Made by a program: the position numbers and the translations under genes. A stretch of DNA of 64,000 bases from a virus (lineage: Duplodnaviria; Caudoviricetes): positions 32,001 through 96,000 of IMG/VR virus record IMGVR_UViG_3300034157_000065. The stretch is one strand, 5' to 3'. Below, one piece after another: positions 29,884-39,375 of the stretch. Numbering within the stretch: the stretch's first letter is position 1; every line of letters begins with the position of its first letter. The notes under the pieces were generated by a model that worked only from the letters and a program-made list of their open reading frames with translations, ran no database searches and was not told the DNA's origin.

Positions 29884-30924
29884 TCAATCACACGTTGTAA
29901 TCAACAAGCCATGCTCTTTATTGAATTTAACACTGTCTTTATTTTTCAATATTAATATTTGTTGTAAGTTAGTTAATCCTTCTGTCTGGTTATTAATCAG
30001 TTCAGCGACCGCATTGACGCCACCTTTCTCGAAAGCCTTGATAGTTGCTATGTCACGAGTTAGTTGACCGTCAGTTATATTCCGTCTAATTGCCAGTATA
30101 GACTTCTTATACTCTTCTGGGTATTTTGTTTGGAGGTAATCTGATTTATTGGCGGTATAATAATTTAGAAATTCTTTCCTCAATCCGATCAACTCTTCAT
30201 TGCTAAATTTTTCATAATTATTTTTAAAATAGTTAATTTCACCCAAACCATCTAGTTTTTCAATGTAATCATTGACAACAACTTCGGTCACTTCTATACC
30301 AAGAGCACCTGATATCTTATTATAACTGGGAGCACCACATAATTTTGCCGAAAGTTCATGTCTTTTGTTTACTTTATCATTTTCAAGTTGTTGTTCTGTT
30401 GCTACGATAAGAGCAGCAATAACACTAAATGTCACGGCTAGTTTCAAGAACCCTTTATTGACACTCAATTCATCATGAAAAAATTTGTTAGCACAAAACA
30501 ATGCCAAAACAATAATAAAGGCATACATTATGTAGGTTAATGTGAGTATTGCTTCTGTTTTTTCTGGATTCAAGTCGGTGGCTATTTGGCCTACTGAATA
30601 AGTAATCATACATAAGAGTATTGATTTAGACGTTAATTGTAAGTACGCAGTTTTATAGGGTTTTCCTAGAACATAATACTTGAATACAAGTAAAAATATG
30701 AAAAAAATAGCATACACCAAATTAAGTTGGCTTCTAAACAGATCAAATGCTGAACCTGTCGTTAAACTTAAATATTTAGTGTAACTCTCAGAATTATCAA
30801 ATAAGGTGACGATTTCCATGATCCCATTTGTTAATCCCATACCTAAACTCATTAAACATGTGTATAGAAATATTCCTATAAAACACCCAAATAATAGTTT
30901 TTTTTCTCTTTTGTCTTCGTTCAT
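29884..30924 (-). CDS. multi-pass membrane protein with soluble C-terminal domain
   Basis: About 5 TM helices; AGGAG RBS favours the MNED start. Confidence 0.75.
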   Translation of the reverse strand: MNEDKREKKLLFGCFIGIFLYTCLMSLGMGLTNGIMEIVTLFDNSESYTKYLSLTTGSAFDLFRSQLNLVYAIFFIFLLVFKYYVLGKPYKTAYLQLTSKSILLCMITYSVGQIATDLNPEKTEAILTLTYIMYAFIIVLALFCANKFFHDELSVNKGFLKLAVTFSVIAALIVATEQQLENDKVNKRHELSAKLCGAPSYNKISGALGIEVTEVVVNDYIEKLDGLGEINYFKNNYEKFSNEELIGLRKEFLNYYTANKSDYLQTKYPEEYKKSILAIRRNITDGQLTRDIATIKAFEKGGVNAVAELINNQTEGLTNLQQILILKNKDSVKFNKEHGLLITTCD

Positions 30925-31062
30925 GAAAATTCTCCTTTGCATAATTAGACCACTATCCTATTAAATGTCAATAATTTATGAAAACATTAAAATTTTGGTT
31001 TATTTTTTATTGTAAATGTGGTATTATCTCAAAATATTTATTCATATTAAGAGGCATTGTTA

Positions 31063-31986
31063 ATGCAAATCATTCATCATAATAAAACCACTGTCCAAAG
31101 ATCGTCTAAAAGAACATTATCTGCTAACTTGTTGTCTTTTCTTGATGAAACAAGCCAACGATTCGGTTTTGATAATGCTCAAATCTATCATTTAACACAT
31201 AGTAATGTTGGTGATTATAAAGATATTATTATGACAACCATTAAGGAGCATTTAAAGAAAATGCGAGGTCTTGGGCCAAAAGATAAAATGGAGGAAGTCA
31301 TTAAAGAAGCAGATCGCTATTATGAGGAACTTCAACCTATTTTACCAACGTCTATGATTGTTTTTGAGCATATCTATTTCTCTGTAACTGAATCATCTAT
31401 GTTGTTTTTTAAAGAACATAATGAAATGTTATTTATTGAAAATATTATGTCTACTTTGGAATTAAATCGCCCACATTTTATTATTGACAACCTTATTATG
31501 CCCAATGGTAGCTGGAAAATGCCTGTTGTACAATCCATTGCTTATGAAAGTTCGAGTGTGAAAGGAACTTTTCCGTTTCTATCATTTCTGTTTCCCTACA
31601 ATGAAAAAACGTCTAAAATTGATTTTAGTCAACGTGAAAAAGCTCACAATAAAAAACTCGAATTACAAGTCAGAACACTTCGTATGGGCCAAGATGAAGC
31701 TATAAAACTTAAGATTCCACATAACATAGACAGTTTTAATATTAATCTTGATAATGCCTATGTTTTCAATACTCGGTTAATACATAATGACATTATTATT
31801 TTTAACGAATATGATATTTCAATCAATGATGATCGTAAAACAGTTGTCGCATATTTAATGCCGTTTCTTGAAGATTTACAAGAAAAGTATGAAATCAATG
31901 ATGATGTTCCAGTGACTTTAACAAAAGAATATTATGACTATTTTAAGGCTAATATTAGGCCCGTTATTGACATGGTAATGTGCTAA
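31063..31986 (+). CDS. hypothetical protein, C-terminal tag (DMVMC)
   Basis: GAGG RBS; ~307-aa ORF. Confidence 0.8.
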   Translation: MQIIHHNKTTVQRSSKRTLSANLLSFLDETSQRFGFDNAQIYHLTHSNVGDYKDIIMTTIKEHLKKMRGLGPKDKMEEVIKEADRYYEELQPILPTSMIVFEHIYFSVTESSMLFFKEHNEMLFIENIMSTLELNRPHFIIDNLIMPNGSWKMPVVQSIAYESSSVKGTFPFLSFLFPYNEKTSKIDFSQREKAHNKKLELQVRTLRMGQDEAIKLKIPHNIDSFNINLDNAYVFNTRLIHNDIIIFNEYDISINDDRKTVVAYLMPFLEDLQEKYEINDDVPVTLTKEYYDYFKANIRPVIDMVMC

Positions 31987-32085
31987 CAAGTTACTGACAA
32001 ACCTGCCCGGTTTGTGATATACTATGCACCTATTATTGAAATGTTAAAATTTAACCCATTGTTCACTATTTAAGAGGATTTAATA

Positions 32086-32646
32086 ATGATTACTAAAGAT
32101 ATGTCTGTTCTTGAAGCCGTTACAATCGTCAATAATTATGTGGAAAAAGCCGAAGAATTTTATCTAACCTACCATGAAGCTGTTCGAGCACTTCGTAAAG
32201 CAGCAGTATTCATTCGTAATGGTGATACTAAACAGCTTGTTCTGAAAGAGATTAAAGCGTATGAGAATGACAACCAAGAATTTGTACGTCGCTATCAACC
32301 GTTGGTATTTTCATTTATCTATTTCATCTTCAACCATCCAGATAAAGAATCGCTTTTTGTCAGTGAAATTGTTCCTGAATCTGATGCAGACTTCTATAAT
32401 TACAAGTTTTCTGGTCATTTTGGTGAACCCTTGGCACGTTTGCTTGAACTTGAAAAAGACGAGATTGAATTTAATCTGGGCGGGTTCTATGAAGATATGC
32501 CGACTGAAAACCTAATCAATGGTAATATGACGCCAGCAGAATTCATTAAGGCAATCAGAAAATATGTGGAAGATGAACAGACTTTCAATTTTGATACAAT
32601 TGCCAAAAATCATAAAGATGTTGTTGATTCCTACGAAAATAAATGA
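32086..32646 (+). CDS. hypothetical protein (186 aa)
   Basis: GAGGA RBS. Confidence 0.75.
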   Translation: MITKDMSVLEAVTIVNNYVEKAEEFYLTYHEAVRALRKAAVFIRNGDTKQLVLKEIKAYENDNQEFVRRYQPLVFSFIYFIFNHPDKESLFVSEIVPESDADFYNYKFSGHFGEPLARLLELEKDEIEFNLGGFYEDMPTENLINGNMTPAEFIKAIRKYVEDEQTFNFDTIAKNHKDVVDSYENK

Positions 32647-32665
32647 TTTTTTAATGAATAAGCTG

Positions 32666-32694
32666 TTGTCAAAGGCCATGAATTGTCGTATAAT
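32666..32694 (+). promoter_or_regulatory. sigma70-type promoter of the CUA tRNA
   Basis: TTGTCA-N17-TATAAT. Confidence 0.75.
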
Positions 32695-32713
32695 GGCCTC
32701 GTTGCAAAAAAAA

Positions 32714-32782
32714 CTGCCGCTAAGGCTGACCTTGGCCCTCTAAAAGCTAAAGGGAACGGTTCGACTCCGTTGCGGTGGACCA
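32714..32782 (+). tRNA. non-canonical tRNA with CUA (amber) anticodon, 69 nt, reduced D-arm
   Basis: Acceptor CTGCCGC/GCGGTGG, A73, CCA; T arm AACGG-TTCGACT-CCGTT; anticodon loop CTCTAAA; D hairpin (A)AGG-CTGA-CCT(T). Confidence 0.75.
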
Positions 32783-32791
32783 ATTTAATAT

Positions 32792-32828
32792 AATGCCAAC
32801 TCATAGCGATGTGATGTTGGCATTTTTA
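32792..32828 (+). terminator. intrinsic terminator after the CUA tRNA
   Basis: AATGCCAAC...GTTGGCATT plus T run. Confidence 0.75.
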
Positions 32829-32884
32829 TTGTCTTTAATTTAATTTCATGCTATAATCAACCAAACTTTTTGGAGTGTTATTAC

Positions 32885-33496
32885 ATGGCACATGAAGAAC
32901 AATTGAAGACCGTTGTGGATCGTATGAAATCTGTCTATGATATTGACATTATCAGTATGTGTTTGGTTAAAAATCAACATACTATTTATACAGCCAAGAC
33001 ATCTCTTGGCCCCGCTCGTATTTATATTCACAATATGTGTGCTAACATCACTTTCACATCAAGTATCGTTTTTGATGGTCAAAATCTCAATTTAAAGAAA
33101 GATGGTTCTAACCTTCAGCCCATTGTTGATGATATTAATGAACGAGCGATGGTGCTTAATGTGGTTAAATTGAAAACGATGGGTGGTAAACATATCCATT
33201 TCTTCGAAGATACTAAGTTTACGCTTAAATTCATTGTTAGCTATGCTTTAAAAAACCCACAAATTGTTTTTAAGGCTGTTCCTTATCCCCATTATGCCAA
33301 GTTTGTGTTTCTGGATGAAGTTGATTATCCGGGGTGTCAAAAAGAATTCCAAATCTCCTATATTCGAGATACTTTTCAGTCAATGTATGGCATTGATCAA
33401 GCCTTCCATTTTGTGCATGATTACTTTAAATCTAAAAAGATGACAATGGATGATGTTGTGAGATTAACAGCCCTTAATGATATGGTGATGATATGA
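32885..33496 (+). CDS. hypothetical protein, C-terminal tag (DMVMI)
   Basis: GGAG RBS favours ATG 32885; first gene of a three-gene tagged run. Confidence 0.8.
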   Translation: MAHEEQLKTVVDRMKSVYDIDIISMCLVKNQHTIYTAKTSLGPARIYIHNMCANITFTSSIVFDGQNLNLKKDGSNLQPIVDDINERAMVLNVVKLKTMGGKHIHFFEDTKFTLKFIVSYALKNPQIVFKAVPYPHYAKFVFLDEVDYPGCQKEFQISYIRDTFQSMYGIDQAFHFVHDYFKSKKMTMDDVVRLTALNDMVMI

Positions 33497-34140
33497 AAAG
33501 CTATAACGAATCGGACCCCATCCATCTTACTAGTATTGAGTCTGCACGTAAAATTCTGGTTGCTAAATTTGGCATTGACTTTACTAATGTAACCCGTGAA
33601 AGCCACGGAGACTATGTGGCTTCTGGGAAATATCCTGTCGATATTTATGCTTTAAACCACACCGATCTATACATTGGGATTAAAAATTTATTGCATCTTG
33701 AAAATGGTCTTTTAGTTTCAAAACTCAATGATCCTATGATTAATGAGTTCGTAAGAGATATGAACTCTTTCTTTTATATTTTCGACGCCTTACGTTTTAC
33801 AACGTGGTATAAAGATGTATTCTATTCTATTTTAGATAATATTAAACCTTCTATTATTTTCAAATATAATATTGAGTGTGATGATATGATGATTCATCTT
33901 GACTTAAACCCCAGTATTGAATCAGAAGATTCTATTTACATCACAACAAAAGATATCATTATTCAACATGGTTATGAACCCGCTGGTTTTAAAGCCGTCT
34001 ATCATGCAAATGGTTCGAACTATTTCAGTGATTTGTTGACTTACAAAACTAGACTTTTAAAGGTTTGGAATATTGATGAAAATAGTAGTGATATTGACTA
34101 TAAACGTCTTGGCGATTTAACTGACATGATTAATATTTAA
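33493..34140 (+). CDS. hypothetical protein, family C, C-terminal tag (DMINI)
   Basis: ATGA overlap; shares IQH.YEP.GF and IDYKRLG.L.DMI.I with 34145. Confidence 0.8.
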   Translation: MKSYNESDPIHLTSIESARKILVAKFGIDFTNVTRESHGDYVASGKYPVDIYALNHTDLYIGIKNLLHLENGLLVSKLNDPMINEFVRDMNSFFYIFDALRFTTWYKDVFYSILDNIKPSIIFKYNIECDDMMIHLDLNPSIESEDSIYITTKDIIIQHGYEPAGFKAVYHANGSNYFSDLLTYKTRLLKVWNIDENSSDIDYKRLGDLTDMINI

Positions 34141-34144
34141 GGAC

Positions 34145-34870
34145 TTGATGATGACTGATGCTATTAAATCTAATGAAGAACAAGAAGAATCATCGTATGG
34201 ACGAGCATTACGAGAGTTTGTTTTTACGCCTGAACCTCAGAAATCAACTCGTGAAAAGGTTATGGATGTTAAACAATTGATTTTTGAGCATCTAAATATC
34301 TCTATTCATAATATGGAACCATCTTTATTTGGTGAATACACTGCAAAATCAGATGATGGGCATGATGTTAATATCTATTTATCTGGCTTTGGTGATGTTT
34401 GTTTTGCATTTGACAACATCATTACGCTTGATAATGGAATCGTTTCATCCGCCTTAAAATCGCCTATCATTCAGACTATGTTGAAAGATGTCAATCAATA
34501 TTTAGGCATTACTGAAAGTTTTCGTCTGACTAACGATCACATTGAACATTTGCCAGTTTTACCCAATGTTAAACCTTGGCTTGTGTTTAAATATATGAAA
34601 GAAACTAATAGCATTACTATTCAGGTTAGTTTTAAAATTTCTCTTAGATCAACAGGTGAGGCTTATTATTTAACGACCAAACAGACAGCCATTCAACATT
34701 TTTATGAACCATCTGGTTTTAATTGTATTTACTCAATTACAGGCGACAGTATTACTAATGATATTCAACATTATAAGGAACGTATGCTAAATGTATGGGG
34801 ACTTAACGAAGACGGCCAAGAAATTGACTATAAAAGACTTGGGGTATTGTCGGATATGATCAGTATTTGA
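34145..34870 (+). CDS. hypothetical protein, family C, C-terminal tag (DMISI)
   Basis: Tandem paralog of 33493. Confidence 0.8.
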   Translation: MMMTDAIKSNEEQEESSYGRALREFVFTPEPQKSTREKVMDVKQLIFEHLNISIHNMEPSLFGEYTAKSDDGHDVNIYLSGFGDVCFAFDNIITLDNGIVSSALKSPIIQTMLKDVNQYLGITESFRLTNDHIEHLPVLPNVKPWLVFKYMKETNSITIQVSFKISLRSTGEAYYLTTKQTAIQHFYEPSGFNCIYSITGDSITNDIQHYKERMLNVWGLNEDGQEIDYKRLGVLSDMISI

Positions 34871-34925
34871 TTGCTTCATTTCCATCTTTCTGTTATACTC
34901 AGGCACCTTATTGGAGATATTTCAC

Positions 34926-35075
34926 ATGAAAAAATCATTGTTGGCTCTTTGTCTTATGTTTGGTATGACCCAAGTGCAAGCGGCTGAACGTATTGTTATT
35001 GATATTCTCTTCCCGGTGACCTTGTGTGGCCCTATTTCCAAGCCCGCTACACAATTGAAAAAATGTGAGATCTAA
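34926..35075 (+). CDS. 49-aa secreted peptide (not in ORF track)
   Basis: GGAG RBS; MKKSLLALCLMFGMTQVQA|AERIVIDILFPVTLCGPISKPATQLKKCEI; stop abuts the next ATG. Confidence 0.7.
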   Translation: MKKSLLALCLMFGMTQVQAAERIVIDILFPVTLCGPISKPATQLKKCEI

Positions 35076-35567
35076 ATGCAGAGTTACATTTCATTCAAAG
35101 AGCTTCTTGAACAACCTGTTCAATCAATCGTTTCAGATGATGATGATGTTGAAGACTATTTGTCTATTCAAATTGGTGAGTTGGTTGATTTTCCAAGAAA
35201 TTTTAAAAATAATGAAGCCATCAAAATTCATATTTTTGAAGATTTCTGTTATGATGGCCGGCGAGTATGGCAACTTTTTTATGTTACGTTTAAAGATAAA
35301 ATTGTTATGGCTTGTTATGCGGCTGGTCGAGAAGGACAAGACAGTTATTCAGCCAGAGTTTTTGACTTGGAAGCTTTTTCTGAGATGGTTATGTTTATTG
35401 CCGAACAACGTGATTTTTATGACATTGAAAAGTTAAAACATGATGAATTGAATAAAATTAGAAAAAAGATTGCCGCTATTGATATACCGACTGGTTTTGA
35501 TGAAAGTGCGAATGATTTTATCAATTTTTATAGCAATAAATTTAATGATGTCTTTAGTAATTGGTAG
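35076..35567 (+). CDS. hypothetical protein, TAG stop
   Basis: DGRR.W.L and AGREG.D motifs. Confidence 0.75.
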   Translation: MQSYISFKELLEQPVQSIVSDDDDVEDYLSIQIGELVDFPRNFKNNEAIKIHIFEDFCYDGRRVWQLFYVTFKDKIVMACYAAGREGQDSYSARVFDLEAFSEMVMFIAEQRDFYDIEKLKHDELNKIRKKIAAIDIPTGFDESANDFINFYSNKFNDVFSNW

Positions 35568-35611
35568 CCTTGTGATATAATACAGGCCACACATGAGAGT
35601 AGAGGCTAATC

Positions 35612-36136
35612 ATGACTTTATCCATACGCAAAGAATACGAAACCTTGGGGGTTGATACCTATTACAGCGATCATGCTGAAACGTATCATAATCCTCATGC
35701 TGCCTTCGCATTGAACTGTCTTGACCAACTTTGGGAAAAAGACTTTAAAAGCGTGCTGGATTTTGCTTGTGGTGATGGCCTTGTCTCTAAGCACCTTGCT
35801 AAAACTCAATCCGTAGATAGCATTGTTGGCTGTGATAAATTTCTATTTTCCCGTTATATAAAAGAAACCCATAATGAATGCTTTCAATATTCTTTCGAGG
35901 ATATTGCTAATGGCAACTTTGAGATGCCCAAGGTTGATGTGATTGTTTTTAGCTATGCCATTGACCTTGTTGAATCGTCTTACTTGAATACTATGCTTTA
36001 TGGACTTTCAACAGTGGCTGAGAATTTGATTGTTATTCGTCCTAACAACCATGTTGTAGAACATTTTGCTTGGACATTAAGTAACTCTGTAAAAGTAGAA
36101 AAATCGCGTGGCATGTTGTATACAAAAACCATTTAA
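35612..36136 (+). CDS. class I SAM-dependent methyltransferase
   Basis: Motif I VLDFACGDG, then IVGCD and DVIVFSYA. Confidence 0.8.
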   Translation: MTLSIRKEYETLGVDTYYSDHAETYHNPHAAFALNCLDQLWEKDFKSVLDFACGDGLVSKHLAKTQSVDSIVGCDKFLFSRYIKETHNECFQYSFEDIANGNFEMPKVDVIVFSYAIDLVESSYLNTMLYGLSTVAENLIVIRPNNHVVEHFAWTLSNSVKVEKSRGMLYTKTI

Positions 36137-36150
36137 CTAGGAGCTTTAAA

Positions 36151-36570
36151 ATGATGAAGAAAATTGTTGGTCTAATGCTTATGTCCTTGTGCTTAATGAG
36201 CTTGGGTGCTTATGCTAATACTAGTGTTAGCACTTCTATTATCAATACAGTTGCCGCTTCTAGCATTATTGATGACCCCGAGGTTGAACCAGTAGCTGAA
36301 CCTGTTGTGGCGGTAAAGATTGAAGCAAAAGAAAAGTCATACAATGTAGAACCAGCCGGTAGTTATATGTTTACCATTTGTAATAGTGGACAAGCACAGA
36401 CAGCCCTTGCTTGGCAAACGGTTTGTGTAGCTGACAGGAAGCGTTCATTCATTTCCAGTATGTGTCCTATCATGTCTTATTTGCGTTATTGCCAACCTGC
36501 CACCGCACAGGAAGTAAAAGGATTGAACCCTTTGAAAGCGAATTATAATAACGTATTCATCAAAGAATAA
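36151..36570 (+). CDS. exported Cys-containing protein
   Basis: Signal peptide (AYA|N). Confidence 0.7.
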   Translation: MMKKIVGLMLMSLCLMSLGAYANTSVSTSIINTVAASSIIDDPEVEPVAEPVVAVKIEAKEKSYNVEPAGSYMFTICNSGQAQTALAWQTVCVADRKRSFISSMCPIMSYLRYCQPATAQEVKGLNPLKANYNNVFIKE

Positions 36571-36581
36571 AGGTGAATTCT

Positions 36582-37064
36582 ATGAACTCTGCACCACTCA
36601 TGTATTCGATTACGTTTAAGCAAAAGATTGAGCCTTTCATGACTCATGATGATTTGAAACGAGTCACCAACATAATCATTGAAAATTGGTCTAAGATAGT
36701 TGATGAAACGCTAGCTAATGCAACACCAGAAGATTATAAGAACCCTTGGAACTATGTAGATCTTAATCGTGGCTTGATTTCTGGTAAGCTTTTGAATTAT
36801 AATAGCCGGGTTGTAGGTGACGATCTTGTTATTGAATTCAATCTGAATGAGATTCTGGATAGTTCATCAGAAATTAAAGCTGATTACTGGGAAGACAAGT
36901 ATCTTCAAAATTACAATGATGTTGAAAAATTGTTTCACCCACTCATTGATCGCTTTTTTAATAACTTTGGTGGTGCTTTCAGTTTCATTATGTTCGAAGA
37001 AATGGTTGCCAGTAACAATTTTAAAGAGTTTCCACAAATGCAACACAAGTTGTTTAATAAATAA
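36582..37064 (+). CDS. hypothetical protein
   Basis: AAGGTG RBS. Confidence 0.7.
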   Translation: MNSAPLMYSITFKQKIEPFMTHDDLKRVTNIIIENWSKIVDETLANATPEDYKNPWNYVDLNRGLISGKLLNYNSRVVGDDLVIEFNLNEILDSSSEIKADYWEDKYLQNYNDVEKLFHPLIDRFFNNFGGAFSFIMFEEMVASNNFKEFPQMQHKLFNK

Positions 37065-37095
37065 ATTTAACTCTCTTAGTAAAGGAAAAAACAAA

Positions 37096-37428
37096 ATGAT
37101 TAAACTGATGTTCTCGGCTGTCACTCTTGCTCTGTGTGCTTTTCAAACCGTTGCTCTGGCTGGTCCTATGGTTGTGATGCCAAGAGTTTATGTTGCACCT
37201 GTGCGTGTTGCTCCTGTTACTCCGACTGTCAAAGTAACGCCACCACCGGCCCGTGTGCAAGCCCCCAAAGCTAGCCAGCCTGATACGACTGCTACTAGTC
37301 TGATTCCCATCATGACAGGTATTGCTGTTATGAACGCCACTTCATCCGCGAATGCCGCCACTTCAGAAGAAGATGAACCTGAACAATCTGATGACGAATC
37401 TTCAACCGACGATTCTGTTAAAGAGTGA
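37096..37428 (+). CDS. exported Pro/Val-rich low-complexity protein with acidic tail
   Basis: AAGGA RBS before ATG 37096; signal peptide (ALA|G). Confidence 0.7.
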   Translation: MIKLMFSAVTLALCAFQTVALAGPMVVMPRVYVAPVRVAPVTPTVKVTPPPARVQAPKASQPDTTATSLIPIMTGIAVMNATSSANAATSEEDEPEQSDDESSTDDSVKE

Positions 37429-37513
37429 TAGTCAAGACGGCATGATTGTGGTATAATAGCTTCAATTAAACGAGTTATCTTATCCCAATTATGCCATCTT
37501 GAAGGTAAATGAT

Positions 37514-38125
37514 ATGACCACTGAAACCGAATACCCTTTGATTGAAAACCTTGAACTTGTTAAACGCAAGAAGTTCGAAACACCAGAACAACGTCTTCAT
37601 GCTATTATTACCGTTCTTGATGAGGAAGCATCTTCTCGTTGGGTAGAACGGGATTCTGACGAAGCTGTTCCGGTTGAAATGCGTCGTCAGTCTAATTACC
37701 GTTGGGATGTGGCTAGTTGCGTATTCAAGGATGATGACATTCTGCACATGATGCGAGTTAAAGAATTGACCAACACTGTCACTCAAAGTCACTTGCTGTG
37801 TGTGTCTTTACCCGAAATCTTTTACGATATGGCTGCCAACTTGCTTTACCTTTCTTATGCAAAGGACAGTGGCAGTCAGTTAACCGCAGAAGAAAATAAT
37901 GAAATCATCAAAACTATTTTTGGTGAGCAATTTTCTCGCTTGGATCAAGCTTTTCATGAATGGTTGATTGAGCATGTTCCAAAAATGTTGGTGGTGCATC
38001 CCGCTTGGACGAATACTGACCCAGTTAAATATACTGCAAGTCAAGTTCAGCATTATCGCACAACTTACGAAGGTTCTTTTTTTATGCCTCATATTGAAGA
38101 AGCAATTCAAAATGTTACAGGTTAA
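37514..38125 (+). CDS. hypothetical protein
   Basis: AAGGT RBS; terminator at 38154-38178. Confidence 0.75.
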   Translation: MTTETEYPLIENLELVKRKKFETPEQRLHAIITVLDEEASSRWVERDSDEAVPVEMRRQSNYRWDVASCVFKDDDILHMMRVKELTNTVTQSHLLCVSLPEIFYDMAANLLYLSYAKDSGSQLTAEENNEIIKTIFGEQFSRLDQAFHEWLIEHVPKMLVVHPAWTNTDPVKYTASQVQHYRTTYEGSFFMPHIEEAIQNVTG

Positions 38126-38248
38126 AATTCCTAAAAACTAACTTTTAAGCTGTAAAGCCTCTTCGGAGGCTTTTTTTATGAATTTTAATTAACTTGATTT
38201 TTTCTGTAAGAGTGCTACTCTTTTATTTACACTAATGGAGCCATCAAA

Positions 38249-38830
38249 TTGTTCAGAAAATTTATTAATTATATAAAATTAGATAAAACAACTATTCTTA
38301 TACTTGTTGCTATCTTATCCTTCAAGTCTTTTGCGTATAATCCATCTTATGTGCCTACTGGATCAATGATACCTACCATTGATGAGAAATCATTTATACT
38401 GGTCGATGTTCATAGTTATGGCCTGAAAATACCTTTTACTAAAATTGAGATTTTAAAAACAGGTCATCCAGAACGTGGTGATATTGCTGTGTTTAGAATG
38501 CCACTGGATGAAAGCACCAATTATGTAAAACGTATTGTGGCAGTAGCGGGTGATACTGTTTATTTCAACGATCATTCATTTAAAATTAATGAAATACCAA
38601 CTGACATGCCTAACATGAAGAAAGCTGTTGTTCCAGTCGGTTACTATTTTGCTATTGGTGATAATATTAATCACTCCTACGATAGCCGTTTCTGGGGTTA
38701 CGTTCCAGAGAGTAATTTAGTGGGTAAATATGTCACCACATTGCTCAGTTTGAATAAGATATTGCCTAATTCAGACAAGCCTGCAGAGCACGAAAAACAT
38801 GGCGAAGAAAAACTCAATTTGCAAAAATAA
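38249..38830 (+). CDS. lepB: signal peptidase I (S26)
   Basis: Box B TGSMIPT (catalytic Ser), box C RGDIAVF, box D YVKRIVAVAGD (Lys), box E GDN...SYDSRFWG.V. Confidence 0.92.
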   Translation: MFRKFINYIKLDKTTILILVAILSFKSFAYNPSYVPTGSMIPTIDEKSFILVDVHSYGLKIPFTKIEILKTGHPERGDIAVFRMPLDESTNYVKRIVAVAGDTVYFNDHSFKINEIPTDMPNMKKAVVPVGYYFAIGDNINHSYDSRFWGYVPESNLVGKYVTTLLSLNKILPNSDKPAEHEKHGEEKLNLQK

Positions 38831-38871
38831 TAAAACCTGCTATAATTGGCTCCAACAACGGAGCCTTTTCT

Positions 38872-39147
38872 ATGTCCAATAAAACTTTTATTGCATTTGT
38901 TAACTTGGTTGACAAATATGAAAAAACATTAAATGAACTTGATGATCCAGAACTCATGAAGACTGATAAGTTGTTTGCAATGACAATGGCTGACTTCAAA
39001 GAAGAGTTTATCAGTTATTGGCTGCTGATTGAACAGTATTCTCGACTTAAAGTGTTTGGCACTGAGGAAGAGATGTTTGCGACTTTAAGTGAAATGCAAA
39101 AAATCATTGATAAAAAGAATGAACCTGTTCAGGAAAATTTTGTTTGA
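38872..39147 (+). CDS. hypothetical protein (91 aa)
   Basis: GGAG RBS. Confidence 0.7.
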   Translation: MSNKTFIAFVNLVDKYEKTLNELDDPELMKTDKLFAMTMADFKEEFISYWLLIEQYSRLKVFGTEEEMFATLSEMQKIIDKKNEPVQENFV

Positions 39148-39184
39148 TGTATTTCCAATCTATTAACTACATAAGGAGCTTTTA

Positions 39185-39310
39185 ATGAACGATAAAACAA
39201 AACCAATTCCACCTGTGAAACCAAAAGGCCCACCTGTTAGACGAGTGGTTAACGAGAAAGTTATCAACAAGAAAGAAATTGAGGATTGGGATAACCGCAA
39301 AAAACAGTAG
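39185..39310 (+). CDS. 41-aa Pro/Lys-rich peptide (not in ORF track), TAG stop
   Basis: TAAGGAG RBS; MNDKTKPIPPVKPKGPPVRRVVNEKVINKKEIEDWDNRKKQ. Confidence 0.65.
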   Translation: MNDKTKPIPPVKPKGPPVRRVVNEKVINKKEIEDWDNRKKQ

Positions 39311-39375
39311 TCGCTGTAGACGAAAACCTTCATTCATGGTATAATAGCTCCATATTTCAAGCAGAGTGAACAAAC

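Noticed and set aside
32714-32782. Pyrrolysine system or tmRNA
   Set aside because: No pylS/B/C/D in the window; discriminator A73 and a canonical TTCGA loop differ from tRNA-Pyl. It is far too short for tmRNA and has no tag ORF.
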